Shown one piece after another: positions 1 to 9,021 of a stretch of DNA of 64,000 nucleotides; within the stretch, counting starts at the first letter, position 1, and every line of letters starts with the position of its first letter. The stretch lies in NCBI GenBank assembly GCA_016871275.1, contig VFZG01000012.1, positions 4,646 to 68,645 of the forward strand. The letters run 5' to 3'. Under the pieces are notes generated by a model that ran no database searches, was not told the origin of the DNA, and was given only the letters and a program-made list of their open reading frames with translations. Origin of the DNA: Acidimicrobiia bacterium. GTDB taxonomy: Bacteria > Acidobacteriota > Vicinamibacteria > Vicinamibacterales > UBA2999. The position numbers were made by a program, and so were the translations under genes.

Positions 1-1018
1 CCAATCCCCGGTAGTCAAACCGATCGTAGAACACCGACGCCAGCGCGCGGAGACCGCCCATGCTGCCGGGATCGAGGGCCATCAGCTTGCGCGCCGTCGC
101 CTCGGCGGCCTGGTCGTCGCCCGCAGTCCGCTCGGCCGTCGACAACAGGTAGAGCAGCCGCGCGTCGTTCGGACTGCCCTTCAACAACTCGTTGAGCACC
201 GTGCGCGCCCTGCCGGCGCCGCTCTCGGTGTTGATCAACGCGGCGGCATAACGAATCTGCACGTCACGGCTGGGCTGCTTGGCGCCGTTGACCGCCGCTT
301 CGTAGGCTGCGGCGGCTTCGTCCCACTTCCCCTGCCGCTCGTAGAACTGTCCGAGCGAAGCCGAGTAGCGCGGATCGATTTCGGCGGCCTGCACGAGCGA
401 CGCCTCCGCATCCGCGAAGCGCCCCGCCGAAACCTGCGCCTCGTGCAGCAACAGCAGCGGCTGTGGGGACCACGGCGCCTGTTGCGTCACCTTCTCCAGA
501 ATCGGGATCGCCGCGTCGGCCTTGCCGGCCCGCAGTTGCAGGCGGCCGAGCGTCATCTGCAAGTTGGGATTGGTCGCCATCAGCGGCGTCGATTGAATCG
601 CCGAGAGGTGCTCGATCGCCTTGGCGCGCGTCGTGGTCGTGGTCTCGCCGGCCGGCGGCGGGCCCTGACCCTCCGCCCACGCCGCATAGATGTTGCCCAG
701 CGTGTGATGAGCCTCGAGGTTCTCCTTGTCGAGCTCAAGCGCGTCGTTGGCCGCGGTGACCGCAGCCGTCGGGCGGTTCTGGCGGTAGTAGTAGCCGGCA
801 ATCTCGGCCGGGATCTCCGCCGCCTGCGGATCGAGGGCGCGAGCGCGCTCGAGCGCGGCCAGCGCTCCGGGGCCATCGCCCGACGACTCGAGCCGGCGCG
901 CCATCATGAATTCCCACATCGCCTGTGCCCTGGGATCCTGCGGCGCCGCCGCGGTGGCTTGCCCGTAGGCAGGGCCTGCCGAAAGCAACACGACGAGAGC
1001 GGCACGGGCGACCTTCAT
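1..1018 (-). CDS. TPR-repeat protein with signal peptide (partial, C-terminus outside window)
   Basis: Uninterrupted minus-strand frame from the window edge to ATG at 1016-1018 (checked codon by codon at both ends). N-terminus MKVARAALVVLLSAGPAYGQ is signal-peptide-like. The body is A/L/Y-rich helical repeats typical of TPR. Absent from the ORF track because it runs off the edge. Confidence 0.7.
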   Translation of the reverse strand, partial: MKVARAALVVLLSAGPAYGQATAAAPQDPRAQAMWEFMMARRLESSGDGPGALAALERARALDPQAAEIPAEIAGYYYRQNRPTAAVTAANDALELDKENLEAHHTLGNIYAAWAEGQGPPPAGETTTTTRAKAIEHLSAIQSTPLMATNPNLQMTLGRLQLRAGKADAAIPILEKVTQQAPWSPQPLLLLHEAQVSAGRFADAEASLVQAAEIDPRYSASLGQFYERQGKWDEAAAAYEAAVNGAKQPSRDVQIRYAAALINTESGAGRARTVLNELLKGSPNDARLLYLLSTAERTAGDDQAAEATARKLMALDPGSMGGLRALASVFYDRFDYRGL

Positions 1019-1045
1019 GGCTGGATCATAAGCTAAGATTCACGA

Positions 1046-1216
1046 ATGCCAGTCGACGCAGAGCTGCTCGAAATCCTCGCCTGTCCCGCCTGCAAGACGC
1101 CGGTCACGCTGGTGAAAGATGGCAGGGCGCTGAAGTGCGGAGTCTGTCACCGCGTGTATCCGATCAAGGACGACATTCCGGTGATGTTGATCGACGAGGC
1201 GACCATCGAGCCGTAG
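1046..1216 (+). CDS. Trm112 / UPF0434 family small zinc-ribbon protein
   Basis: 56-aa ORF MPVDAELLEILACPACKTPV...CGVCHRVYPIKDDIPVMLIDEA. It has the CPxC...CxxC pattern and the IPVML motif typical of the Trm112/YcaR family. Below the ORF-track size cutoff. Confidence 0.85.
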   Translation: MPVDAELLEILACPACKTPVTLVKDGRALKCGVCHRVYPIKDDIPVMLIDEATIEP

Positions 1217-1221
1217 TTCGA

Positions 1222-2283
1222 TTGAAGATCCTGCTGATCCGCCTCCGGCTGATCGGCGACGTGGTGTTCACCACGCCGGCCGTGGCTGCGCTACGGCGGC
1301 GCTTTCCGAACGCGCGCATTACCTACCTGGTCGAATCTCCCGCCGAACCGGTCGTCCGTCACCATCCCGGCATTGACGAGGTCGTGGTGGTCGAGCGGCC
1401 CCGCGGACTGGAGCGCATCGCCTACGACGCGCAACTCGCGCGCCGCTTGCGCGCCGCGCAATACGATCTGGTCGTCGATTTCCATGGCGGCCCGCGCAGC
1501 GGCGTCCTGGCGCTCGCGTCGGGCGCCCCGCAACGCATTGGCTACGACCTGCCGGGCCGGTGGTGGAGCTATACGACCCGCGTGCCGTGGACGCGATCGC
1601 TGACGCCGCCGCGCCACTCCGTGCTCAACCAGTGGGCGCTGCTCGAACCGCTCGGCATCGCGCCGGCCGATCCCGCCGCCGACCCCACCACCATGCCGGT
1701 CGATGCGGATGCCTCGCATCGCGTGGCGCAGCGATTGCGGGACGCCGGCATTGACGACACGCATCGCGTGATCGTGTTTCACGTCAGCGCCGGCAATCCG
1801 TTTCGCCGCTGGCCCGCCGACGCCTTCGCCGAAACCGCCGCCGCGCTGGCGCAAGGCGGCGCGTCGAGACGCATCGTGATTACCTCCGGGCCCTCCGAAT
1901 CGGCCACCGCTGAATCGGTGGCGGCACACGCCAGGCACCGAGCCGGTGCCGCGGCCGCCGGCATCGTCCGGAGCGGCGAGTTCGACCTCTCAGAACTGCG
2001 CGCGCTGCTCGAACGAGCGGCGCTCTACATCGGCGGCGACAGCGGTCCGCTTCACATCGCGTCGACCACCCGCACCCCGGTCGTCGGACTGTTTGGGCCG
2101 ACCCTGCCGGAGCGCTCCATGCCGTGGCGCGATCCGGCAATCGGCGCCATCGCGATCGACGCGGGGCCGCTGCCCTGCCGGCCCTGCCATCAGCGTCACT
2201 GCGTGCCGGGCGACTTTCGGTGTCTGACGATGATTTCGCCTACCATGGTGATCGACGCAGCCGAACGGCTGCTCACCCCATGA
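1222..2283 (+). CDS. Glycosyltransferase family 9 (LPS heptosyltransferase-like)
   Basis: In frame with track ORF 925..2283. A TTG at 1222 gives MKILLIRLRLIGDVVFTTPAV, the classic GT9 N-terminus. C-terminal GGDSGPLHIA motif is present. The longer ORF would overlap the trm112-like gene. Confidence 0.8.
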   Translation: MKILLIRLRLIGDVVFTTPAVAALRRRFPNARITYLVESPAEPVVRHHPGIDEVVVVERPRGLERIAYDAQLARRLRAAQYDLVVDFHGGPRSGVLALASGAPQRIGYDLPGRWWSYTTRVPWTRSLTPPRHSVLNQWALLEPLGIAPADPAADPTTMPVDADASHRVAQRLRDAGIDDTHRVIVFHVSAGNPFRRWPADAFAETAAALAQGGASRRIVITSGPSESATAESVAAHARHRAGAAAAGIVRSGEFDLSELRALLERAALYIGGDSGPLHIASTTRTPVVGLFGPTLPERSMPWRDPAIGAIAIDAGPLPCRPCHQRHCVPGDFRCLTMISPTMVIDAAERLLTP

Positions 2284-3458
2284 CGACGCTGTCACTCACC
2301 GCTGGTATGCCGCCGCGCGACCGACTCGAACAGATCGGGTTGTGGTCGCTGGTGGGCATTGTCGCGGCGATGCAGCTGTCGATTGCCGCGGCGCAGATCC
2401 TGCTGGCCATTGCGTCGCTGACCTGGCTGGTGTCGCACGTCACGCGGCGCGAGCGCCTGGCGGCGCCGCCCTTCTTCTGGCCGCTGGTGCTCTACGCCGC
2501 GTTGACGCTGGTGTCGGCGGGCTTCTCGCACGACCCCGCAGCGAGCTTCACCGACTGCAAGCAGCTCGTGCTGCTGATGCTCGTGCCGCTGACCTACGAT
2601 CTCGCGCGCGGCGCGCGCGCCAACTCCGTCCTCAGCATCGTCCTGACCATCGGCGCGGCCAGCGCGTTCTACGGCATCGTGCAGTACGCGGTGCTGAACT
2701 TCGACGGTCTCGGCCGCCGACCGCAGGGCACGCTGTCGCACTGGATGACCTATTCGGGCACGCTGATGCTGGTGATTTGCGGCGCGACCGCGCGCTTGCT
2801 GTACGGCACCTCGGGCCGGCTGTGGGCGGCGTTCGTCATGCCGGCGCTGCTGGTCGCGGTCAGCCTGACGCTGACCCGTGGAGCGTGGGTCGGCGTCGCG
2901 GTCGGCGTCGCGGTGCTGTTCATGAGCAAGGACTTCCGGCTGCTCGCGCTGATCCCGATCGTGATGGTCGGCGCCATTCTGCTGGCGCCACAGGCGATGA
3001 CCGACCGCTTCTTCTCGATCTTCAACCGCAACGACCTGACGAGCCGCGATCGCATCGCGATGCTCGAGGCCGGCGTGGAGATGGTCAAGGACTACCCGCT
3101 GACCGGCGTCGGCCCTGAACAGGTGGAGCGCGTCTACCCGCGCTATCGCGTGCCCGATGCCGTCAAGCCCACCAATCCGCACTTGCACAATGTGCCGATG
3201 CAGATTGCCGCCGAACGCGGGCTGCCCGCGCTGGCCGCCTGGCTGTGGTTCGTCGCGGTCGCCGGCCTGGGCCTGTTCGAACTGGTGAGAAAGAGCCGGC
3301 ACAAGAGTCTCGCGGCGGCGGCGCTCGGCAGCATGGCCGCGATGCTGGCGGCCGGCCTGACCGAGTACAACTTCGGCGACTCCGAGTTCCAGATGCTGCT
3401 GCTGGTGATCCTGACACTGCCGTTCGCCGCCAACCGGGATGCAGGGCTACCGTCGTGA
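2280..3458 (+). CDS. O-antigen ligase / Wzy_C-family polytopic membrane protein
   Basis: ATG at 2280 overlaps the upstream TGA (ATGA). The protein has many hydrophobic segments and a central loop with TRGAWVG, typical of O-antigen ligase-like proteins. Confidence 0.65.
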   Translation: MTTLSLTAGMPPRDRLEQIGLWSLVGIVAAMQLSIAAAQILLAIASLTWLVSHVTRRERLAAPPFFWPLVLYAALTLVSAGFSHDPAASFTDCKQLVLLMLVPLTYDLARGARANSVLSIVLTIGAASAFYGIVQYAVLNFDGLGRRPQGTLSHWMTYSGTLMLVICGATARLLYGTSGRLWAAFVMPALLVAVSLTLTRGAWVGVAVGVAVLFMSKDFRLLALIPIVMVGAILLAPQAMTDRFFSIFNRNDLTSRDRIAMLEAGVEMVKDYPLTGVGPEQVERVYPRYRVPDAVKPTNPHLHNVPMQIAAERGLPALAAWLWFVAVAGLGLFELVRKSRHKSLAAAALGSMAAMLAAGLTEYNFGDSEFQMLLLVILTLPFAANRDAGLPS

Positions 3459-4450
3459 GCGTCGAACAGCTTCCCGAGATTGCATCGGCGCGCGCCCACG
3501 AGCTGATCGACAAGTTCACCAGTCGCCGCATCACGGTGGTCGGCGACGTCATGCTCGATCGATTCCTGATCGGGCGCGTCAGCCGGCTGTCGCCGGAAGC
3601 GCCGGTGCCGGTCGTGGTCTTCGACCGCGAGGAGTTCCGGCTCGGCGGCGCGGCCAACGTCGCCAATAACCTCCGCCAGCTCGGTGCGTCGGTCGATCTC
3701 ATCGGCGTCATCGGCAACGACGAATCCGGCAGCCTGCTCAAAACCGAGCTCGCGGCCAGGGGTATTCACGGCACCGGCCTGATTACCGATCTGGAGCGCC
3801 GCACCACTACCAAGATGCGGGTGGTCACCACGCGCAACCAGCAGGTCGCGCGCGTCGATTTCGAATCGGATCACGAAGTCGGCGCAGCCGTCGAGCAGGC
3901 GATCGCCTCGCACGTGGAAATGCGCGCCAAGTCGGCGCACGTCATCCTGGTATCCGACTATCAGAAGGGTGTGGTGACGCGCCGGTCAATGGCCAGCGTG
4001 CTGGCGTTTGCGCACGCCAACGGCCTGCCGGTGATCGTCGATCCCAAGGTGCCGCACATCGATTACTACGCCGGCGCCGCGCTCGTCACCCCCAATCACC
4101 TCGAAGCGGAGAGCGCGACCAACAGCCACATTGTCACGCACGACGATGCGCGTCGTGCCGCACAAGCATTGCGCCAGCGGATTGGCGTGGAGAGCGTGTT
4201 GATCACCCGCGGCGAGCACGGCATGTGGCTCGATCATGGCGGCGCCGACGGCTACCTGCCGACCTCGGCGCGCGAAGTGGCCGACGTCACCGGCGCCGGC
4301 GACACGGTGATCGCGACGCTGGCGCTCGGGCTGGCGGCCGGCGCCACCATGGCGGAAGCGGCGCGACTGGCCAACGAAGCCGCGGGCCTCGTGGTGGGAA
4401 GGTTCGGCGCGGCCACGGTGTCACCGCAGGAACTGAAGGCGTTGTTCTAA
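3455..4450 (+). CDS. hldA: D-glycero-beta-D-manno-heptose-7-phosphate kinase (RfaE domain I only, PfkB family)
   Basis: GTG at 3455 overlaps the upstream TGA. VVGDVMLDRF...GGAANVANN...DVTGAGDTV are HldE-kinase/PfkB signatures. At 331 aa it has no adenylyltransferase domain. Confidence 0.8.
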   Translation: MSVEQLPEIASARAHELIDKFTSRRITVVGDVMLDRFLIGRVSRLSPEAPVPVVVFDREEFRLGGAANVANNLRQLGASVDLIGVIGNDESGSLLKTELAARGIHGTGLITDLERRTTTKMRVVTTRNQQVARVDFESDHEVGAAVEQAIASHVEMRAKSAHVILVSDYQKGVVTRRSMASVLAFAHANGLPVIVDPKVPHIDYYAGAALVTPNHLEAESATNSHIVTHDDARRAAQALRQRIGVESVLITRGEHGMWLDHGGADGYLPTSAREVADVTGAGDTVIATLALGLAAGATMAEAARLANEAAGLVVGRFGAATVSPQELKALF

Positions 4451-4566
4451 CGCTGGCGGGTCGATCATGTCTGTGAGGCCGGCCGCGAGCAGCGGCCGTC
4501 ATCTGTGGAACCGGTGCGATCTGTGGACTAACGGCTATCGCGTGGCTGCACCCTTATGAAAGCGCT

Positions 4567-6186
4567 CTAGTGACGGAAGTGGCGCCGGCCAGTAAACACC
4601 ATCGCCAGACCGTGTTCATCCGCGGCGGCGATGACTTCCTCGTCCTTCACCGATCCTCCCGGTTGCACGACGGCCGTGGCACCGGCGGCCGCCACGGCAT
4701 CAAGACCATCGCGGAACGGGAAGAACGCATCTGACGCGGCCACCGAGCCTTTCAGCGCCACAGCAGGCTCAGCACTGACTGCCCAGCGGTTGGCTTTGGC
4801 GACTGCCACCTTCACCGCATCGACGCGACTCATCTGCCCCGCTCCAATGGCCAGCGTGCGCACGGCATCCGTGAAGATCACGGTGTTCGACTTCACGTGC
4901 GCCATCACGCGCCACGCAAAACGCATGCCCTGCCACTCTTCGGGCGTGGGCTGCCGCTTGGTGACCACCTTGATGTTCGCGGCCGGCCCCTCGACTCCGC
5001 TCGCGACCGGCCATGGCCACTGCGCTTCGGCGACACGATCGCGCTCCTGCACCAGCATCGCGCCAAGGACCGACCGGTACTCGCGCGTGTCAGCCAGCGT
5101 GTGGAAGTCGGCGACGATGACGCGCAGGTTCTGCTTGGCGGCGAGAATCGCCCGTGCGGCGTCCTGGACGTCCGGCGCAATCACACACTCGATGAAGGTC
5201 GACACAATCGCGCGCGCCGTCTCTTCGTCCAGCGAACGGTTGAGGCCAACGATGCCCCCGAACGCCGCCAGCGCATCCGCTTCGCGTGCGCGCACGTAGG
5301 CGTCCGCGATCGACCCGCCAGTCGCGACCCCACACGGGTTGGTGTGCTTGATCACCGCGGCCGCAGGGCCGTCGAACTCCAGCACGATGCGGGCAGCCGC
5401 ATCGAGATCGAGGAGGTTCGTAAACGACAGCTCCTTGCCCTGCAGGATCGCCGGCGCCCCAAGGCCGGCCTGCTCGAGCGAGTACCACGCGGCCGGCTGA
5501 TGTGGGTTCTCACCGTAACGCAGGTCCCTGAGTTTCGCTGCGTCGATGGTGAGGGCCGCCGCCGCCGTGGCTGAGGGGCCTGAGAATTCATTACCCTCAA
5601 CGGTGACCCCGCCGAGCGTCGAGGCAATCGCGGTGTCGTAGGCGCCGGTGTGTTCAAAGGCGCGGCGTGCCAACTCGAAGCGAAACGCCACGGACGGACC
5701 CGCCGGTCGATCGAGCTCGGCGATCACCGAGTTGTAGTCCTTCGGCGACACCACGATCAGGACATCCTTGAAGTTTTTTGATGCGGCACGCACGAGACTC
5801 GGACCGCCAATGTCAATCTGTTCGATCAGATCGTCAAATTTGATGCCTGGCTTCGCAGCCGTTTCCACAAACGGGTACAAATTGACGACGACGAGATCGA
5901 CGAGGCCGATGCCGTGTTGCGCGGCGAGAGTGAGATCCTCGGGGTGATGACGACGCGCAAGGATGCCGCCGTGGATTTTCGGGTGCAGCGTCTTCACCCG
6001 GCCGTCCATCATCTCCGGGAAGCCCGTCACGTCGCTGACGTTGACCACTGGCAGGGCCGCGTCGGCCAGGGCTCTGGCAGTGCCGCCGGTCGAGACCAGC
6101 TCAAACCCCCGTGCGGCCAGGGCCGTAGCAAACGGAATCAGCCCGGTCTTATCGGAAACACTCAGAATGGCACGGCGCATCAACAC
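4567..6186 (-). CDS. purH: Bifunctional AICAR formyltransferase / IMP cyclohydrolase
   Basis: The 539-aa ORF starts RRAILSVSDKTGL..., contains KTLHPKIHGGIL, and ends TGRRHFRH. These are unmistakable PurH motifs. Confidence 0.95.
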   Translation of the reverse strand: MLMRRAILSVSDKTGLIPFATALAARGFELVSTGGTARALADAALPVVNVSDVTGFPEMMDGRVKTLHPKIHGGILARRHHPEDLTLAAQHGIGLVDLVVVNLYPFVETAAKPGIKFDDLIEQIDIGGPSLVRAASKNFKDVLIVVSPKDYNSVIAELDRPAGPSVAFRFELARRAFEHTGAYDTAIASTLGGVTVEGNEFSGPSATAAAALTIDAAKLRDLRYGENPHQPAAWYSLEQAGLGAPAILQGKELSFTNLLDLDAAARIVLEFDGPAAAVIKHTNPCGVATGGSIADAYVRAREADALAAFGGIVGLNRSLDEETARAIVSTFIECVIAPDVQDAARAILAAKQNLRVIVADFHTLADTREYRSVLGAMLVQERDRVAEAQWPWPVASGVEGPAANIKVVTKRQPTPEEWQGMRFAWRVMAHVKSNTVIFTDAVRTLAIGAGQMSRVDAVKVAVAKANRWAVSAEPAVALKGSVAASDAFFPFRDGLDAVAAAGATAVVQPGGSVKDEEVIAAADEHGLAMVFTGRRHFRH

Positions 6187-6258
6187 ATCCCCTCACCCGA
6201 CTGGGAACCGCAGACGAACAAACGGCGAACATTCAGCCCTCTGGATCGGTTTTCAGAA

Positions 6259-6288
6259 TTGACACCAAATGTAACGGTCCAGTATCAT
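6259..6288 (+). promoter_or_regulatory. Candidate sigma70-type promoter (TTGACA-18 nt-TATCAT)
   Basis: TTGACA at 6259-6264 and TATCAT at 6283-6288, in the AT-richer purH/csp divergent spacer. Confidence 0.4.
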
Positions 6289-6314
6289 CGGCGCAGTCCA
6301 TTTCTGCGGACCAG

Positions 6315-6339
6315 AAGGCCGCAATTGCGGCCTTTTTTT
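6315..6339 (+). terminator. Canonical intrinsic terminator inside the csp leader
   Basis: AAGGCCGC-AATT-GCGGCCTT stem-loop followed by a 7-T run. It lies about 25 nt after the predicted TSS and 95 nt before the csp ATG. Confidence 0.6.
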
Positions 6340-6433
6340 GTTGCTCCTACCTCATCCGCTCATCAAAGAGTCGATGCGGCAGGGGTGGATCAGTACGGTA
6401 GCTGCCAGCTACCAGTAAGACAGGAAGAGAACG

Positions 6434-6640
6434 ATGCGTATTACAGGCAAGGTCAAGTGGTTCAACAACGCCAAGGGCTACGGTTTCATCGAGCGCGAAG
6501 GCGGCAGCGATGTGTTCGTGCATTACTCGGCGATTCAGGGCGCCGGCTTCCGCTCTCTCGAAGAGGGCCAGCCGGTTGAATTCGAGATCGTCGACGGTCC
6601 CAAGGGTCCGCAGGCCGGCAACGTGACCCGCGCCGCCTAG
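6434..6640 (+). CDS. cspA: Cold-shock protein, CspA family
   Basis: [34 protein letters not shown] contains the RNP1/RNP2 motifs. 68 aa. Confidence 0.95.
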   Translation: MRITGKVKWFNNAKGYGFIEREGGSDVFVHYSAIQGAGFRSLEEGQPVEFEIVDGPKGPQAGNVTRAA

Positions 6641-6655
6641 AACGTTTTGACCGAT

Positions 6656-6683
6656 CCGGAGCCAGGCTCCCTCCTGGCTCCGG
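6656..6683. terminator. Bidirectional hairpin between convergent csp and a hypothetical gene
   Basis: CCGGAGCCAGG (6656-6666) pairs with CCTGGCTCCGG (6673-6683). Perfect 11-bp stem with a 6-nt loop. Confidence 0.5.
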
Positions 6684-7172
6684 TTAGCTTGGCCCCTCAC
6701 CGCTCTTCTCCGCCTTCACCGTCAGCAACACCTTCCCGTCTTTCACTGCCACCTTGAAGTCCACATCCGTACCATCGCCGCCAAGCTTCGACACCTGCGC
6801 CGTGACGCGGTCGTCGCCGGCATCGCGTCCGAATCGCACCACGCGCTCGGCGGCCTCGGGCACCCTCTTGGGCGGCTCGCGCCGCGCGCCCAGCATCGGG
6901 CGGCCCAGCTCGCGATTCGTCAGTTGGCGATCGCACAACTCGATGAACTTCTGGTAACGGCTCTGGAGTGATTCGAAGCGGAACCGATCGGCGGTGTTGC
7001 GGATGTAGCCGTTATCGTACTTCTTCACCAGCGCCGCAACGCGTGCCTTGGTCGCAGAGGGCGGGCGCGGCAGGCGGCCGGCGAAGAACATGTTGAACTC
7101 GGCCTCGAGCCGTCGAATTTCGGCGTCGAGCGCCTGCATCTGCTTTTCCCACTCGGACTGCTGCGGCGGCAT
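6684..7172 (-). CDS. Hypothetical protein (N-terminal coiled coil)
   Basis: 162-aa track ORF with non-shadow composition, starting 4 nt after the stop of the upstream ORF. No family recognised. Confidence 0.6.
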   Translation of the reverse strand: MPPQQSEWEKQMQALDAEIRRLEAEFNMFFAGRLPRPPSATKARVAALVKKYDNGYIRNTADRFRFESLQSRYQKFIELCDRQLTNRELGRPMLGARREPPKRVPEAAERVVRFGRDAGDDRVTAQVSKLGGDGTDVDFKVAVKDGKVLLTVKAEKSGEGPS

Positions 7173-7176
7173 GCGC

Positions 7177-7584
7177 TCACTGGAGCAGTTGGAGCCACAA
7201 CAGCGGCAGCCACATCTCGCGCGAGTACGGCACGGGGCGATCGTCGATCAGCACTTCGGTGCCCGGCACCGGGTCGACCAGCTCGAAGAGATCGCGCAAG
7301 GCCAGCGCGTCGGATGAAAAAAACCTCGCACGGTGGCGGCGCGCCGGTCCGTCGCCGGTCTCGACGTACTCGCGGGAGGCCTGCGCCTTTTCGATCGCGC
7401 GCGGGTAGTGGTCGCCTTCGAACCGCGGGAACACCAGCGTGATGGAAAACGGCAGGTCGCGCGGCCCGAACAGCGTGGCGTGCAAGTCCGGATCGAGGGC
7501 CGCCAGTTCCTCTGTCGTGGGTTCTTCCGGCTTCTCGACGTACGGCCAGTAGCGCTGCGAGGGGCGATGCGTCCTCTTCGTCAT
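7177..7584 (-). CDS. Hypothetical protein
   Basis: 135-aa track ORF, first gene of a two-gene unit. No family recognised. Confidence 0.55.
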   Translation of the reverse strand: MTKRTHRPSQRYWPYVEKPEEPTTEELAALDPDLHATLFGPRDLPFSITLVFPRFEGDHYPRAIEKAQASREYVETGDGPARRHRARFFSSDALALRDLFELVDPVPGTEVLIDDRPVPYSREMWLPLLWLQLLQ

Positions 7585-7610
7585 CTGCTAGGCAGTGAAT
7601 CGTACTCCAA

Positions 7611-7655
7611 GGTTACGAGGGTTACAAAGCTTACCAGGGTGACAAGAGTTACAAT
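7611..7655. repeat. Five tandem 9-bp units, consensus GGTTACNAG
   Basis: The units are ggttacgag ggttacaaa gcttaccag ggtgacaag agttacaat, in the divergent spacer upstream of selA. Confidence 0.6.
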
Positions 7656-7665
7656 TTTAGCGGAC

Positions 7666-9021
7666 TTGGCTGACTTCCGGGTGATTCCAAGCATCGAGGC
7701 GCTGCGCCAGCGCGACGGCGTGCGCGCGCTCGAATCGCGATACGGCGCCGAGGCGACCGTGAAGGCCTTACGTGCCGGTGCGGAGCGACTGCGCGCGCGC
7801 ATTGGCGCCGGCGAGCACCTGGCGCAACCGGCCGAGGCCATCGAAACGCTTGCCGGCGATGCGCTGACCAGGCGCTCGCGCGGCTCGCTCCGGCCGGTGA
7901 TCAACGCGACCGGCGTGGTGCTGCATACCAACCTGGGCCGCGCGCCGCTGGCCGACGTGGCAATCGCGCGGGTGTCGGCGGTCGCCGCCGGCTACTCCAA
8001 CCTCGAATACGACCTCGAGCTGGGCGCGCGCGGCTCGCGCACCGTCCACGCGGAGTCGCTGTTGACGTCGATCACCAGCGCGGAGGCGGCGGTCGTGGTC
8101 AACAACAATGCCGCGGCGGCCCTGTTGATCCTCAGCGGCATTGCCGCCGGACGCGACGTCGTGATCTCACGCGGCGAACTGGTCGAGATTGGCGGCGGCT
8201 TCCGGGTGCCCGACATCATGCGCCTGTCGGGCGCGGTGCTGCGCGAGGTCGGTACGACCAATCGCACTCGGGTGACTGACTACACGGCGGCGGTGTCGCC
8301 GGCCACCGCCATGTTCCTGCGCGTGCACCCGTCGAACTTCCGGATCGAAGGATTCACCGAGCGCCCCTCGCTCGCTCAACTGGTCGGCATCGCGCGGGCG
8401 ATGCACGTACCGGTGGTTGAAGACATTGGCAGCGGTTGCCTGCTCGACGACATCCGCGGCGAGCCGTCCGTGCAGGCCTCGATCGCCGCCGGTGTCGATC
8501 TGGTGTGCTTCAGCGGCGACAAGCTGCTCGGCGGCCCCCAGGCCGGCATCATTGTCGGGCGACAGGCGCTGATCGCGCGCCTGCGCAGCCACCCCTTGAT
8601 GCGTGCAATCCGCGCCGACAAAGTCACGTTCGCGCTGCTCGAGGCCACGCTGGCTGAATATGCCAGCGGTCATGCCGCGCACACGGTTCCCGTGCAGCGG
8701 ATGCTCCATGCCGGCGCGGACGAAATCGAGGCACGCGCCCAGGCGGTCGCCGATCAGCTCACCTCGGCCGGCTGGCGTGTCTCGCTGATGAGCGGCTCCT
8801 CCGCCGTCGGCGGCGGCAGCGCACCAGGGCTCGAATTGGCGACCGTGCTGGTGGCGCTCGAGCGCGACGGTCAATCGGCCACCGACACCGCACGCTGGCT
8901 GCGATCGCTGGACCCACCGGTGATCGCGCGAATCGAGCACGATCGCGTGCTGCTTGACCTGCGGACGGTGCTACCCGGCCAGGACGATCTGCTCGTATCA
9001 TTGCTCGCCCACGATTCATGA
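7666..9021 (+). CDS. selA: L-seryl-tRNA(Sec) selenium transferase
   Basis: VINATGVVLHTNLGRAP, VVNNNAAA and FSGDKLLGGPQAGIIVG (PLP-lysine motif) are present. The start is uncertain: TTG 7666, GTG 7639 or GTG 7681, all in the frame of track ORF 7333..9021. Confidence 0.9.
   Translation: MADFRVIPSIEALRQRDGVRALESRYGAEATVKALRAGAERLRARIGAGEHLAQPAEAIETLAGDALTRRSRGSLRPVINATGVVLHTNLGRAPLADVAIARVSAVAAGYSNLEYDLELGARGSRTVHAESLLTSITSAEAAVVVNNNAAAALLILSGIAAGRDVVISRGELVEIGGGFRVPDIMRLSGAVLREVGTTNRTRVTDYTAAVSPATAMFLRVHPSNFRIEGFTERPSLAQLVGIARAMHVPVVEDIGSGCLLDDIRGEPSVQASIAAGVDLVCFSGDKLLGGPQAGIIVGRQALIARLRSHPLMRAIRADKVTFALLEATLAEYASGHAAHTVPVQRMLHAGADEIEARAQAVADQLTSAGWRVSLMSGSSAVGGGSAPGLELATVLVALERDGQSATDTARWLRSLDPPVIARIEHDRVLLDLRTVLPGQDDLLVSLLAHDS

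Noticed and set aside
925-1221. N-terminal 99-codon extension of the GT9 ORF (track ORF 925..2283), and similar long extensions of nuoH, nuoEF, nuoD, nuoC, nuoK, sdhA and the amidohydrolase.
   Set aside because: The extensions are Arg-rich and overlap upstream real genes. In each case an internal start gives the family-typical N-terminus, usually with ATGA/GTGA coupling to the upstream stop.
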